Below are positions 50,841-63,254 of a DNA stretch of 64,000 nt, piece after piece. Each line of letters begins with the position of its first letter. The first letter of the stretch is position 1. The notes below the pieces were generated by a model. That model worked only from the letters and a program-made list of their open reading frames with translations. It was not told where the DNA came from and made no database searches. This stretch comes from Octopus sinensis (lineage: Eukaryota): the NCBI RefSeq assembly GCF_006345805.1, contig NC_043020.1:13206001-13270000 (forward strand), written 5' to 3'. The position numbers and the translations under genes are program-made.

Positions 50841-51283
50841 AGATATATATATATATATATATGTCATTCAACTAGTTGAATAATATTCTTAAGGTCGCAA
50901 TTTACTCACATGCACCATCTTTCAGAGCTTGTCACTAATTCAGTCCTGAACCAAATTGATAATTGTTGACTGGTCCCTAGCTACATTTTGGCATAAGAAA
51001 GTTGAGATTTAGTCCAGTAGAAAAAATATTTGCATCAAAATTTGTAGCGATATTATAGAAGAGTAAGTTGTGCCTCCAATCAAGTTTAGATCTAAATAAC
51101 TTTACTTTAAAAGCAAAATATATTTATCTTAGCTTCAATGGTAGAAGAAGGCATGAGAAATTTCATAGTCTTGGTCCCATGCAACAAAAATTTGTATCAA
51201 AAAAGATGTGAGGTAAAATATGAGAAAAAATATAAGTAAGGCAAAAAATTGGATTTAAGTATAATTAACTTCTTATTTTGCGT

Positions 51284-51623
51284 GAAGGCGCATGGCTCAG
51301 TGGTTAGAGCGTCGAGCTTACGATCGTGAGGTTGTGAGCTCGAATCCCGGTCTGGGATGCGTGTTGTGTTCTTGAGCAAGGCACTTTATTTCACGTTGCT
51401 CTAGTTCACTCAGCTGTAGAAATGAGTTGCGACGTCACGGGTGCCAAGCTGTATCGACCTTTGTCTTTCCCTTGGATAACACTGGTGGCGTGGAGAGGGG
51501 AGGCTGGTATGCATGGGCGACTGCTGGTCTTCCATAAACAACCTTGCCCGGACTTGTGTCTAGGAGGGTAACTTTCTAGGTGCAATCCCATGGTCATTCA
51601 TGACCGAAGGGGGTCTTTACCCC
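51284..51623 (+). mobile_element. tRNA-derived SINE (family D-type head, distinct body)
   Basis: TGGCTCAGTGG A box, GCTCGAATCC B box, CTTGAGCAAGGCACTT CORE-like motif. Confidence 0.85.
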
Positions 51624-52133
51624 TTATTTTGAAAACAAACTATATTTTGATTAAGCTTAAATGATAGAGCTCAATTCGAGGAATTTCGTGGTATCGATCT
51701 CATGCAATGAAGTTTAAAAAAAAAATTTTTATGAGCGTTTGTTTTTCAAATTTGAGGGTGATAATATAGTTCTATACTTTTTTCATGAATGTAGTTCTAT
51801 AAGGGATCTTTTGATATATGTCACCGGCATCATTGAGGTACAGAAAAAATTTTTAACAACACTGCTAATTGACACATTATTAATTAGCATAATAGCATAG
51901 CCTGGAAAAAACATGAAGTATATGGAAAAATGCGAGCATGATAAATAATACTCTTAATATCATAAACCTGGAAAAGTACTGGATAAGTTATTACAATTGG
52001 AAAAGTTCAGGACATCTTATTACATCTGGCAAAATACAGAACAAGACAATTTTTACTTAAAATATTACAGCTAAGGATAAAATTGGAATTTTAAAAATTA
52101 TTTGATTTTAATTTTACAAATTAGAAAAGGTAC

Positions 52134-52253
52134 CATCATCATCATTGTTTCACGTCCATTTTCCATGCTACCATGGGTTGGACGGTTCGAATGGGATCTG
52201 GGAAGTCAGGAGGCTGCACCAGGCTCCAGTCTGATCTGGCAGTGTTTCTACAG
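52134..52253 (-). mobile_element. SINE family C, short 3' fragment
   Basis: GTACCATCAT on both sides (probable TSD). Confidence 0.85.
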
Positions 52254-52492
52254 TACCATCATTTTGTTAAAATACTGACACTCTAGAATTCTTCAAAAAC
52301 AAGAGCCAGAAGTACCAATATAAAGTTTTATGCAAAGTAGAATAGTATATATGGTAGGCAAATTCATTATGTAAAAAATAGGCATTGGGTCAAGACTAAA
52401 AATGTGAAGACTTGGTAATAACTCAAGCAAATTTTATTGTGAATTTGATGTTATAGATGTAACATATAACTAATTTTTATATTTTGTTTATT

Positions 52493-52784
52493 GTGGCACG
52501 TAAAAAGCACCATCCGATCGTGGCCGTTTGCCAGCCTCGTCTGGCGCCTGTGCTGGTGGCACATAAAAAGCACCATCTAATCGTGGCCGTTTGCCAGCCT
52601 CGTCTGGCACGTAAAAAGCACCCACTACATTCACGGAGTGGTTGGCGTTAGGAAGGGCATCCAGCCGTAGAAACATTGCCAGATCAGACTGGGCTTGGTG
52701 CAGCCTTCTGGCTTCCCAGACCCCGTTGAACTGTCCAACCCATGCTAGCATGGAAAGCGGACGCTAAACGAAGATGATGATGAT
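52493..52784 (+). mobile_element. SINE family C
   Basis: Units, body, tail. Confidence 0.9.
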
Positions 52785-53298
52785 TGTGCTAACTAATTAT
52801 GTACTACTATTATTTTTTATAACCGATTTTCAAATTTCTAATTATTAATTAATAATTTAAAAAATGAACTTTTTTAAAGTGCAAAAAATATTTTAACTGA
52901 ATTATTTTTTATTTCTAATAGAAGTAACAAGTAATAACAGACAGAAGTAATAACATGTAATAAAATTTTTAGTTTTAATAAAAGCTAATATTTTCTAAAT
53001 CTAAATATTTTATTTGAAATTTTATCCTTAGCTGCAATATTTTAAGTAAAAATTTTCTTGTTCTGTACTTTACCAGATGTAATAAGTTGTCCTGAACTTT
53101 TCCAAGTGTAATAAATTGTCCTGTCATTTTCCAGGTTTATAATCTTCAGAATATTATTTCTCTTGCTCACATTTTTCCCATGTTATATGTGTGTATATAT
53201 ATATATATATGAAATTTATTGTGCATTTGTGTGTAAACATAACAACACTTATCCATTGTGTGTAAACATATTTACTCACTCATTCATTGTGTGCAAAC

Positions 53299-53687
53299 GT
53301 GGCTGTGTGGTAAGTAACTTGCTAACCAACCACATGGTTCCGGGTTCAGTCCCACTGCGTGGCATCTTGGGCAAGTGTCTTCTGCTATAGCTCCAGGCCG
53401 ACCAATGCCTTGTGAATGGATTTGGTAGACGGAAACTGAAAGAAGCCTGTCGTATATATGTATATATATATGTATGTGTGTCTGTGTTTGTCCCCCTAGC
53501 ATTGCTTGACAACCGATGCTGGTGTGTTTACGTCCCCGTCACCTAGCGGTTCGGCAAAAGAGACCGATAGAATAAGTACTGGGCTTACAAAAGAATAAGT
53601 CCCGGGATCGATTTGCTCGACTAAAGGCGGTGCTCCAGCATGGCCGCAGTCAAATGACTGAAACAAGTAAAAGAGAGTAAAAGAGAA
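53299..53687 (+). mobile_element. SINE family A
   Basis: Near full-length match. Confidence 0.92.
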
Positions 53688-53702
53688 TATATATATATTT
53701 TT

Positions 53703-53925
53703 TTTTTTATTGCCCACAGGGGGCTAAACATAGAGGGGACAAACAAGGACAGACAAAGGGATTAAGTCGATTACCTCGACCCCAGTGTGTAACTGGGGTA
53801 GATGTGTGTAACTGAAAGGATGAAAGGCAAAGTCAAACTCACTGAAATTTGGACTCAGAACATAACGGCAGATGAAATACTGCTAAGCATTTCACCCGGC
53901 GTGCTAGCGATTCTGCCAGCTTGCT
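53703..53925 (-). mobile_element. SINE family B
   Basis: Near full-length match. Confidence 0.88.
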
Positions 53926-53934
53926 GCCTTCATG

Positions 53935-54660
53935 TGCAAATATATATATTCACTCGCTCATTCATTGTCACCAAATATATATTTGCTTGTTCATTCATTG
54001 TCACCAAATATATATTTGCTCACTCATTCATTGTCACCAAATATATATTTGCTCACTCATTCATTGTCACCAAATATATATTTGCTCACTCATTCATTGT
54101 CACCAAATATATATTTGCTCACACATTCATTGTCACCAAATATATATTTGCTCACTCATTCATTGTCACCAAATATATATTTGCTCACACATTCATTGTC
54201 ACCAACTTATATATTTTCTCACTCATTCATTGTCACCAAATATATATTTGCTCACTCATTCATTGTCACCAAATATATATTTGCTCACACATTCATTGTC
54301 ACCAAATTATATATTTTCTCACTCATTCACTGTCACCAAATATATATTTGCTCACTCATTCATTGTCACCAAATATATATTTGCTCACTCATTCATTGTC
54401 ACCAAATATATATTTGCTCACACATTCATTGTCACCAAATATATATTCACTCACTCATTCATTGTGTGCAAATATATATTCACTCATTCATTGTCACCAA
54501 ATATATATTTGCTCACACATTCATTGTCACCAAAATATATATTTTCTCGCTCATTCATTGTCACCAAATATATATTTGCTCGCTCATTCATTGTGTGCAG
54601 ATATATATATTTGCTTGTTCATTCATCCTGTGCAAATATATATCAACTCACTCATTTATT
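53935..54660. repeat. 33-bp minisatellite, about 21 units (TCATTGTCACCAAATATATATTTGCTCACTCAT)
   Basis: Period 54001 to 54034; 11-aa repeat in three overlapping ORFs. Confidence 0.95.
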
Positions 54661-54944
54661 GTGTACATATATACTGGCGAAAAAGTTCTATTTCTTATAA
54701 AATATTTTGTTACTAACACCATACAAATTATTTTTATCTTTTACACCTTATGCAGAATTTATTTCTCTTTCGAATGATGCAGACAGTAAATATTTTTATA
54801 CAACTCAAAGAATTCTTATTCTAAATTAATATAACCATTTCAAAATTACCAGCAAAATTAGTTTAAGACCGTATCATTATAATTTTATTTAAAGCTTAAG
54901 ATTGTAGCAAAAATGAGCAACAAGAACGAAATATATATTAGTGC

Positions 54945-55130
54945 CACTGGTGCTGGTGCCATGTAAAAAGCACCCAGTACACTCTGTAAAGTGCTTGATG
55001 TTATGAAGAGCATCCAGCTGTAGAAATGGTTGCAAAACAAACAATGGAACCTGGTACAGCCCCCAACCTTGCCACTTCCTGTCAAACCATCTACCCCATG
55101 TCAGTCTAGAAAGCAGATGTTAAATGATGA
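54945..55130 (+). mobile_element. SINE family C, old diverged copy
   Basis: GTAAAAAGCACCCAGTACACTC..GAGCATCCAGCTGTAGAAA. Confidence 0.7.
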
Positions 55131-55189
55131 TGTCTCTTCTGTAGCCATCAACTATCAAAGAGGAATGTCAAGTACAAGAGTGTCCCTGA

Positions 55190-55350
55190 CAGCTGTCAGT
55201 CTCTCTAACAGCTGTCAGTCTCCCTAACAGCTGTCAGTCTCCCTAACAGTTGTCAGTCTCCCTAACACCTTACTCTCCCTAACAGCTGTCAGTCTCCCTA
55301 ACAGTTGTCAGTCTCCCTAACAGCTTACTCTCCCTAACAGCTGTCCAGAC
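55190..55350. repeat. 19-bp minisatellite CTGTCAGTCTCCCTAACAG, about 8 units
   Basis: Direct inspection. Confidence 0.88.
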
Positions 55351-55426
55351 TCCCTAACAGCCATCAGCCTCCCTGATGACCATTAGTCTCCCTTATGTCA
55401 GTCCTCCTCAGCTCCCCATGTCTAAT

Positions 55427-55645
55427 CATATTTCTTTATTGTCCACAAGGGGCTAAACATGGATGGAACAAACAAGGACAGACAAAGGGATTAAGTCGAT
55501 TACATTGACCCCAGTGTGTAACTTGTACTTAATTTATCGATCCAAAAGGATGAAAGGCAAAGTCGACCTGGGCAGAATTTGAACTCAGGGCTGACGAAAT
55601 ACCACTAAGCATTTCACCCAGCGTGCTAACATTTCTGCCAGCTCT
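55427..55645 (-). mobile_element. SINE family B
   Basis: Near full-length match. Confidence 0.85.
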
Positions 55646-56321
55646 TGGAAACAGGTGAGGACTGGTGACAGGAAGGGTACCCAGCCATAGAAAATCTGCC
55701 TCAACATATTTTGTCCAACCAATACGAGCATGGAAAACTGGATGTTGAAACAAAGCTGAGGATTCTTCGTGTTTACATTTGTCTTGTAAAGCGATCCATC
55801 TCTGTAGAAATCCCAGTTCCAAGGAAGCTGAGATAATGAACAATCTTGATTGATTAAGTTTTCCTAGAAGAGAGATTTCAACTTAGTCAGCAATTCCCAT
55901 TTGTTTTACTAGATTTATGAAGCTGCACGGACCAAAAGGTCAGTTTGTCCACTAACACTGTTCCCTTCCGCTTGTACATCTCGTTGACTTTTAGTAATTA
56001 GTGTCCTGTGATCTGATGTTGTTAATTATATGTTTGGTAATTATAATGGCTGAAGTTAAATATAACCTTGTGTTCTACATGTGTGGCTGTGTTGAAGATA
56101 CATGTCCAACATGTTAATGTATGAAACAGAGAGAGACAGACAGACAGACAAAATGAGTATTAAAGACTGGAGCACATAATTATAACATCGTGACTATAGT
56201 AAAGCACACTGCTAACATGGTTGGACATGGTATTGACTTATAAAAACATTTAATATACTTTATAGCATATTATGGTATTATGGTTGCATGACAAAATATC
56301 ATGAACCCACAAATCATTAGT

Positions 56322-56622
56322 AAAAAAGCACCATCTGTTCGTGGCCGTTGCCAGCCTCGCCTGGCCCCCGTGCCGGTGGCACGTAAAAAGCACCATCCGT
56401 CTGTGGCCGTTTGCCAGCTCCATCTGGCACCTGTGCGGGTGGCACGTAAAAAGCACCCACTACACTCACGGAGTGGTTGGCGTTAGGAAGGGCATCCAGC
56501 CGTAGAAACACTGCCAGATCAGACTGGGCCTGATGCAGCCTTCTGGCTTCACAGTCCCCACTTGAACCGTCCAACCCATGTTAGCATGGAAAGCGGACGC
56601 TAAATGATGATGATGATGATGA
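56322..56622 (+). mobile_element. SINE family C
   Basis: Units, body, (GAT)n. Confidence 0.9.
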
Positions 56623-56636
56623 TATATATATATATA

Positions 56637-56861
56637 AGGAACCTGCATAAAGTAGATGTAGGCGTTTTTAAATCAAAGCTGGGCCTCTTCCTATCGAGGG
56701 TCTCAGATGTACCTACACCACAGCAAGAGGTGCAAATGAGGGTAGCTATATCAAACTTCATTCTTCACCAAGTGCCACATATTGGAGGAGGCTCTCAGTA
56801 ATAACAGTGTAGCAAAACGGGGGTGCATCAGCATGGCCGCAGGTCTGAGCTGAAACTACAG

Positions 56862-56865
<4 letters not shown>
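56637..56865 (+). mobile_element. CR1/L2-like LINE 3' end
   Basis: RNLHKVDVGVFKSKLGLFLSRVSDVPTP..SN..LHQ* followed by a short 3' UTR. Confidence 0.65.
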
Positions 56866-56900
<35 letters not shown>

Positions 56901-57129
56901 TATATATATATGGAGGCACAACGGCAGCAATAATGGATTGTCCAGTTGAAATCTAATGGCTTTGATTTCTTAGAAATTAACCCGTCTATGGGTGGTCAGC
57001 TAACAAATGCTTCCCCTAGGTTTGGTTATGGATCGCCGCTGTGTTAGATGACTATCCTGTTGTGGAGACAGTGAGGCAACCTTGTATTTGTTTATAAGAC
57101 AACTACTTGAGACTCCAAAATTTTTGACT

Positions 57130-57305
57130 AATACCAGTATAATAGTGTAATACTGAATGCTGTGTGTGACTTTTACCTGAGAATGTACCTTCAGAATGTA
57201 AAAATATAAAACAAAGCTATGTAAGCCTGTAGGCCTATTTATGACCAAATTGACTTATGACCAGTCAGTCAGAGCCAATTGTGGTCGTAAGTCGATGATG
57301 ACCTG
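57130..57305. mobile_element. pogo/Tigger-like MITE right end
   Basis: Ends TGGTCGTAAGTCGATGATGACCTG|TA, resembling a CAGGT..CGACTTACGACC TIR. Confidence 0.45.
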
Positions 57306-57526
57306 TATATATAAACATATACACATACATTCTTCCAGAGGGGAGATTTTGCATTTTAATATTTCACCTCGGCAAATCGAAACTAATAACTTGATGTAGA
57401 ACTCAATAGACTTATGCTTCAGAATGAAGCATTTGTCAAGTCCACTATGAGGCCACTGCAGCTTGTAGCAGAAACAGCTGTGAGCTAATGAAGTTCATAA
57501 GTTAATCTGTTTTTCCTTTGTCATCT

Positions 57527-57561
<35 letters not shown>

Positions 57562-57568
57562 TGTATAT

Positions 57569-57691
57569 ATCATCATCATCATCATCGATTAACATCCGTT
57601 CTCCATGCTAGCATGGGTTGGACGGTTCGACCGGGGATCTGGGAAGCCAGAAGGCTGCACCAGGCTCCAGTTTGATCTGGCAGTGTTTCTG
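57569..57691 (-). mobile_element. SINE family C, 3' fragment
   Basis: (CAT)n plus body, truncated. Confidence 0.85.
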
Positions 57692-58249
57692 AACCCGTTA
57701 CCCTCTGTGTGTGTGTTACAGAAAAAAAATCAACTTTTAACACATGAAGGGGGTCTTTACACTTTACTGTTTATGTATGTCATTATTGAGGTTATTTCAA
57801 GACCTTTGGCCAATAGAGAAAGAGCCAGTTTCTAACCTAGATTCTAGGTTCCTTCATCAGAATTTCAACATCAACAACAGGATATTTTTTTTGTATATAT
57901 GTATGTATGTGCAGATTTGTATGTTTTATGTATGTATTATCATGCATATAGTTACATGACTAGAAATGCTCATATATATTCAAACGATAAACTTCTGGAA
58001 AGTTTTACAGATTTTTACAGTTCCATTGATGGATTGGATCTGTTGTCTTCGAATTAACTTTCTCCTTTCTGGTTTTGAGAAGCCCAATTTTTCAAGATTG
58101 GTATTTAGGCAGTGTGTTACATACCCCAGGGCCACAAATAATTACAGGTATAAACCTGAACTTGTAATCTGAATGGAGTAATTGCAGATTTCTCAATAGA
58201 TCAGCATAAGTGTTCTCTTTTTCACTGATCTTCAGCTTTATGTTAACCT

Positions 58250-58410
58250 CAGGAGTGGCTGTGCGGTAAGTAGCTTGCTAACCAACCACATGGTTTCGGG
58301 TTCAGTCCCGCTGCGTGGCATCTTGGGCAAGTGTCTTCTGCTATAGCCCCAGGCCGACCAATGCCTTGTGAGTGGATTTGGTAGACGGAAACTGAAAGAA
58401 GCCTGTCGTA

Positions 58411-58457
<47 letters not shown>

Positions 58458-58659
58458 GTGTGTGTGTGTGTTTGTCCCCCTAGCATTGCTTGACAACCGA
58501 TGCTGGTGTGTTTACGTCCCCGTCACTTAGCGGTTCGGCAAAAGAGACCGATAGAATAAGTACTGGGCTTACAAAGAATAAGTCCCGGGGTCGATTTGCT
58601 CGACTAAATGCGGTGCTCCAGCATGGCCGCAGTCAAATGACTGAAACAAGTAAAAGAGT
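58250..58659 (+). mobile_element. SINE family A
   Basis: Full-length match. Confidence 0.92.
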
Positions 58660-58660
58660 A

Positions 58661-59170
58661 TCCGTTGGGCTGCTAATTTCCACAACTGTGCACAGTTTCT
58701 CTTCTCTATCCCAAATCATTATATCGGGTCTGTTGTGCTTACATTTTATTGAGGTCTTCACTGGAACATTCCACGAGTATTCCTTTTTGTTATGAGTGGC
58801 TATGGTTTCTACCATACTGTGGGTTCTTATTTCTTTGTGCTTGGGATTATCCTTCTGATGGATTTCATTGTAGAGTGTCCTTCCTACAATGTCATGTCTC
58901 ATTGGTAGATAATACCATGATGATATTTTCGGACAACTCCTTATGATGTGAGTGATATCTTCAGTGTGAACTCCACAAAGTCTGCATTGGTTGTCACATT
59001 TTACTGCTTTTCCTGCATATCTACCCCTTATGTGCATCAGGTACTTGGTTGATATTTCCTGTTCCTGGATTGCAAACGCATACCCTTCAAAGTGGGAGGT
59101 AGTAATCCAGCTATTCATCCGTGATAAACTGCTTTGATGATCGATGTTACTATCATCACAGGGTTTTCTA
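58661..59170 (-). mobile_element. R4/Dong-like (RLE) LINE fragment: CCHC knuckle and PD..D endonuclease region
   Basis: CRLCGVHTEDITHIIRSC (C-X2-C-X8-H-X4-C), RHD, NRPDIMIWD..VVEIS; about 170 codons without a stop. Confidence 0.88.
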
Positions 59171-59705
59171 TGTGTGTATGCATATATGTCCAAATGTATG
59201 CATGTATGTACATAAGTATATATGCATGTACATATGTGTGTGTGTATGCATGCATGTACATGTTTGTGTGTGTGTGTGTATGTATGCATGTACATACATG
59301 TGTGCGTGTATGTATGTATGCATGTATATGCGTATGTATGTATGTATGTATGCATGTACATATGTATGTGTATATATGTATGCATGTATATATGTATGTG
59401 TATATATGTATGCATGTATATATGTATGTGTATGTATGTATGCATGTACATATGTATGTGTGCATATACATACATATGTGTGTGTATGTATGTGTGCATG
59501 TACATACGTATGTGTGTGTATGTATGTGTGCATGTACATACGTATGTGTGTGTATGTGTGCATGTACATACATATATGTGTGTGTATGTATGTATGTACA
59601 TACATGTGTGTGCATGTATGTATGCATATGCTTACGTATGTGTATACGCATGTACATACGTGTGTGTGTGTGTGTGTGTAAGTATGTATGCATGTATGTA
59701 TGTAG
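59170..59705. repeat. (TATG/CATG/TG) compound microsatellite
   Basis: Direct inspection. Confidence 0.93.
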
Positions 59706-60115
59706 AGAGATAGCTAGACATGAATGTATTACTAGTTATATTTCTGTCTGACTGTCTGAGACTTAGAGACAGACAGACAGACAGTGTGTGTCAGAGTGAG
59801 AGAGAGAGAGACAGACAGACAGACATACATGCATGCAAAGAGAAACTGTGTGTGTGTGTGTGTTTGTGTGTGTAGTTTTCGCCAGATTAAGTCCAGTTGT
59901 GTTATGATAGTAAATGTAAATATAAGGATATCTGAAACAACAAATTTTTCTAGTTTTTACCCTGGGGAGTGGGGCAAGGTAAGAATGGGAGGTCCTTGTT
60001 AACAAATCGTCAAAACATGTTTTTTGCGTTTCTGTGCATGTGTACCAGTTTACCTTAATTGTCTACCTCCCATGTTGTAAACTATAGTGAGGTGGCATTT
60101 CATTGAATCACCTTA

Positions 60116-60571
60116 CATCATTTGTGATTGTGTTTGTAGAAATAAAACTCCAAGGTGCCCACCTCCATTGACTCCAAGTTCTAGCTTTGGATTCTCAATT
60201 AAAATGATTCCACTACATTTATAGTCATGCTGCTTATGATTTAGGGAAAGGCATGAATGCCTCAACACATCATTTGTGATTGTGTTTGTAGAAATAAATC
60301 TCCAAGGTGCCCACCTCCATTGACTCCGAGTTCTAGCTTTGGATTCTCAATTAAAATGATTCCACTACATTTATAGTCATGCTGCTTATGATTTAGGGAA
60401 AGGCATGAATGCCTCAACACATCATTTGTGATTGTGTTTGTAGAAATAAATCTCCAAGGTGCCCACCTCCATTGACTCCGAGTTCTAGCTTTGGATTCTC
60501 AATTAAAATGATTCCACTACATTTATAGTCATGCTGCTTATGATTTAGGGAAAGGCATGAATGCCTCAACA
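60116..60571. repeat. 152-bp tandem repeat, 3 copies
   Basis: Units start at 60116, 60268 and 60420; nearly identical. Confidence 0.95.
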
Positions 60572-60752
60572 TCGTAGCATCTGCTCCCCTGAAGTGATTT
60601 TCACCTGTCCAATATCGACCTGTCTGAACCCACCCCCTCATCCTGTGGTATACGCTGTAACGCTTTTGATTCAAACCCCAACCCCTAAGACCCACCACAA
60701 CTGCCGCCACCGCTACTTCTATGATACAAATGACACAAACTTCGTGTCTTAA

Positions 60753-60973
60753 CCCTTTAGCATTTAAACCGGCCATATCCGGCCAAAAGTATTCTGCCTG
60801 TTTTATGTTCAAACTGGCCAGATCTGGCCTCTCACACCAACCCTACAATATCGCTTTAAAAATTAACAGCTACCTCTTCAAAATCTCATAGCTACAAGGT
60901 AATGCCTGATTAGTTCAAAACAATGTGGATAAAAAAGCATTAACTTTGGCAGAATAATGCGAACACTAAAGGG
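60753..60973. mobile_element. piggyBac-type MITE
   Basis: TTAA|CCCTTTAG..CTAAAGGG|TTAA. Confidence 0.88.
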
Positions 60974-61049
60974 TTAAAATGATTTAAATTAAAATCTTCC
61001 ATCAAAATTTCATAGCAATTTTTGGCTCAAATACGAGATTATTATTATT

Positions 61050-61092
<43 letters not shown>

Positions 61093-61284
61093 TGCATTTA
61101 TGTTTTCATTTTGCAAGATTTTAAATGTGAAATCATGTATTGAAACAAATATTGTTATATTTGGGGGATGGTCGTGTTTTGCCATTTAAACACACATACT
61201 ATATTTGATCTTCACTTTATTATTATTACTATTAGACAATAAGAAGTGCGCGATGCAATTTGCAATGAATTGTTTATTTAACGG

Positions 61285-61329
61285 TTTGAACAATATTTTA
61301 ACAGATTGCCTGTCTTCATCAGGTTCAAA
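61285..61329 (-). ncRNA. Decayed minimal type I hammerhead ribozyme motif
   Basis: TTTGAAC-CTGATGA-A-GACAG(gcaat)CTGTT-AAAA-TA-TT-GTTCAAA; perfect 7-bp stem I, G12 mutated to A. Confidence 0.6.
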
Positions 61330-61399
61330 AAGTAAAATGAAAGCTAAAATTGCAGGAAAACAGAAATTAACACTTGGCTTGTCAATCTTTATAAATTAC

Positions 61400-61682
61400 T
61401 ATTATTGTTATTAGTTTAATAATAATAATAATAATAATAATGATGATGATAATAATGATAATAATAATGATGATGATGATGATGATGATAATAATAATAA
61501 TTATGTTGATGATGATAATAATAATAATTATGTTGATGATGATAATAATAATAATTATGTTAATGATGATAATAATAATAATTATGATAATAATAATAAT
61601 AATAATAATTATGATAGTAATAATAATAATAATTATGATAGTAATAATAATAATAATAATTATGATAGTAATAATAATAATT

Positions 61683-61714
<32 letters not shown>

Positions 61715-61725
61715 CATGATAATAA
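61400..61725. repeat. (AAT/GAT)n tract
   Basis: Direct inspection. Confidence 0.95.
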
Positions 61726-62172
61726 AGTGAAGATAAAAAAAAATAGTGCATGTGTTTAATCAGCAAACGTTGATGACCATCTCCACATGTAACAATATAA
61801 TAATAATAATAAAGTTATTTTACTAAATTCTTCATTTTTTTTTTTCATTTTTCCAAAATTAATTAAAACGAAGACAGTGTACTCTTACAGAAATATGGTA
61901 ACAAAAGGTTTCATATTATCTCACATCATATATTGGGGGCAAATGTGGGCTGTGGTGAAGAAATTTGCTTCCCGTGAACTCAGGTTCAGTTCCACTGTGT
62001 AAATTTAAAAATTTAAAAATATAAATTAAAAAATTTTAAATTTTAATAATTCAAATTTTAAATTTTATATTTTATATATATATTACATATTATATTAATT
62101 ATATATCTTTTTTGTTTTTTATGTATTGGTTTATGTCTATCACTATTTGAGTTGCCTAATAGTGGTTTTATC

Positions 62173-62229
<57 letters not shown>

Positions 62230-62689
62230 CTGCATTAAAAACTGTGATGAGTGAAAATTTTGTAAATGATAATTATAGGCTTTAAGCTTTAATACACTGT
62301 GAATGCTTATATATATATCCAAAAGTTAGGGAATGGAGTAGATAACTCTTCAGGCCAAGGATACCTTGATTACATGAAGTTTGTATGTGTATATGAGTTT
62401 TTATGCAAGCTGGAGTTGATCACTATCTTATGTGGCAGACTTGAATAATTATTGAGAGATATCTCTCTGAACATGAAACCAATAGTCTGGTTGTGTCATG
62501 AATAAAGAATATTTATCCACCAAAGTGGTTTTGTACATTCATTCTTACTGTTCAGTATTAACGTGTGTGTCTGTGTGTAGATAGAAATATTGATATATAT
62601 GCAATACATGCAAAGGGTATTTGTTTGTGCCTCCTTGTCTTGACATGGCATTACTGTTGTAAATGAGTGTCACCGTCGTACAAGCAGTG

Positions 62690-62826
62690 TCATTCATTTC
62701 CGATATTCTGTGGGAACAAGGCCATGGAGAAGCAGATACCTTACTTGTAACTGGGTAAGGGTTGGCGACAGGAAGAGCATCCAACCCATGCAAGTATTGA
62801 AAGGTAGACGTTAAAATGATGTGATG
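62690..62826 (+). mobile_element. SINE family C-related, diverged
   Basis: GGTTGGCGACAGGAAGAGCATCCAACCCATGC..GACGTTAAAATGATG. Confidence 0.6.
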
Positions 62827-63254
62827 GCCATCATATACAAAGAAATAATTTCAGTTATTCCCCCTGATCTCCTGTGTTCCTTTCCTGGTGTAGTAGTGTA
62901 CCGCATCTTATGGGTTAACAGTCTTATTATTCCACAATATATTAATATAGTATTTATTTCACATAGCTACAAGAAATAGTCCAAAAGACATTGTCTTTTA
63001 ATTAATTCATTAATTAATTAGTTTCATATTCAGCTACATGTACTTTTATTTGAAAATAATATTTGTTGTTGTTGTTGTTCTTATTAGCTTACTTCTCAGA
63101 GCTTTCAGTCATACTTGCTCTGGTTGATTCTGTGAGAGTGGACAGCAACCTGTTGTCAGAGGTCTCTTAGGGTCGCTTTATGCAAATTATAAGCTCTGGT
63201 ACTTGGATGTTAACTTATCATAGATATTATTATTATTATTATTATTGTTAATGT

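Larger units (their letters stand above)
51915..53190. mobile_element. Old foldback/MITE-like element with ~190-bp imperfect TIRs
   Basis: 51915-52105 aligns to the reverse complement of 52995-53190. Confidence 0.6.

Noticed and set aside
53802-54777. Three overlapping 259-304 aa repeat ORFs
   Set aside because: 33-bp minisatellite open in all three frames; the N-terminus runs into SINE B
56330-56460. HDV-like ribozyme fold in the SINE C unit (CCAG-CCTCGC-CTGG resembles P3/L3)
   Set aside because: P1 and P1.1 can be partly drawn but no P2 partner or J4/2 could be found
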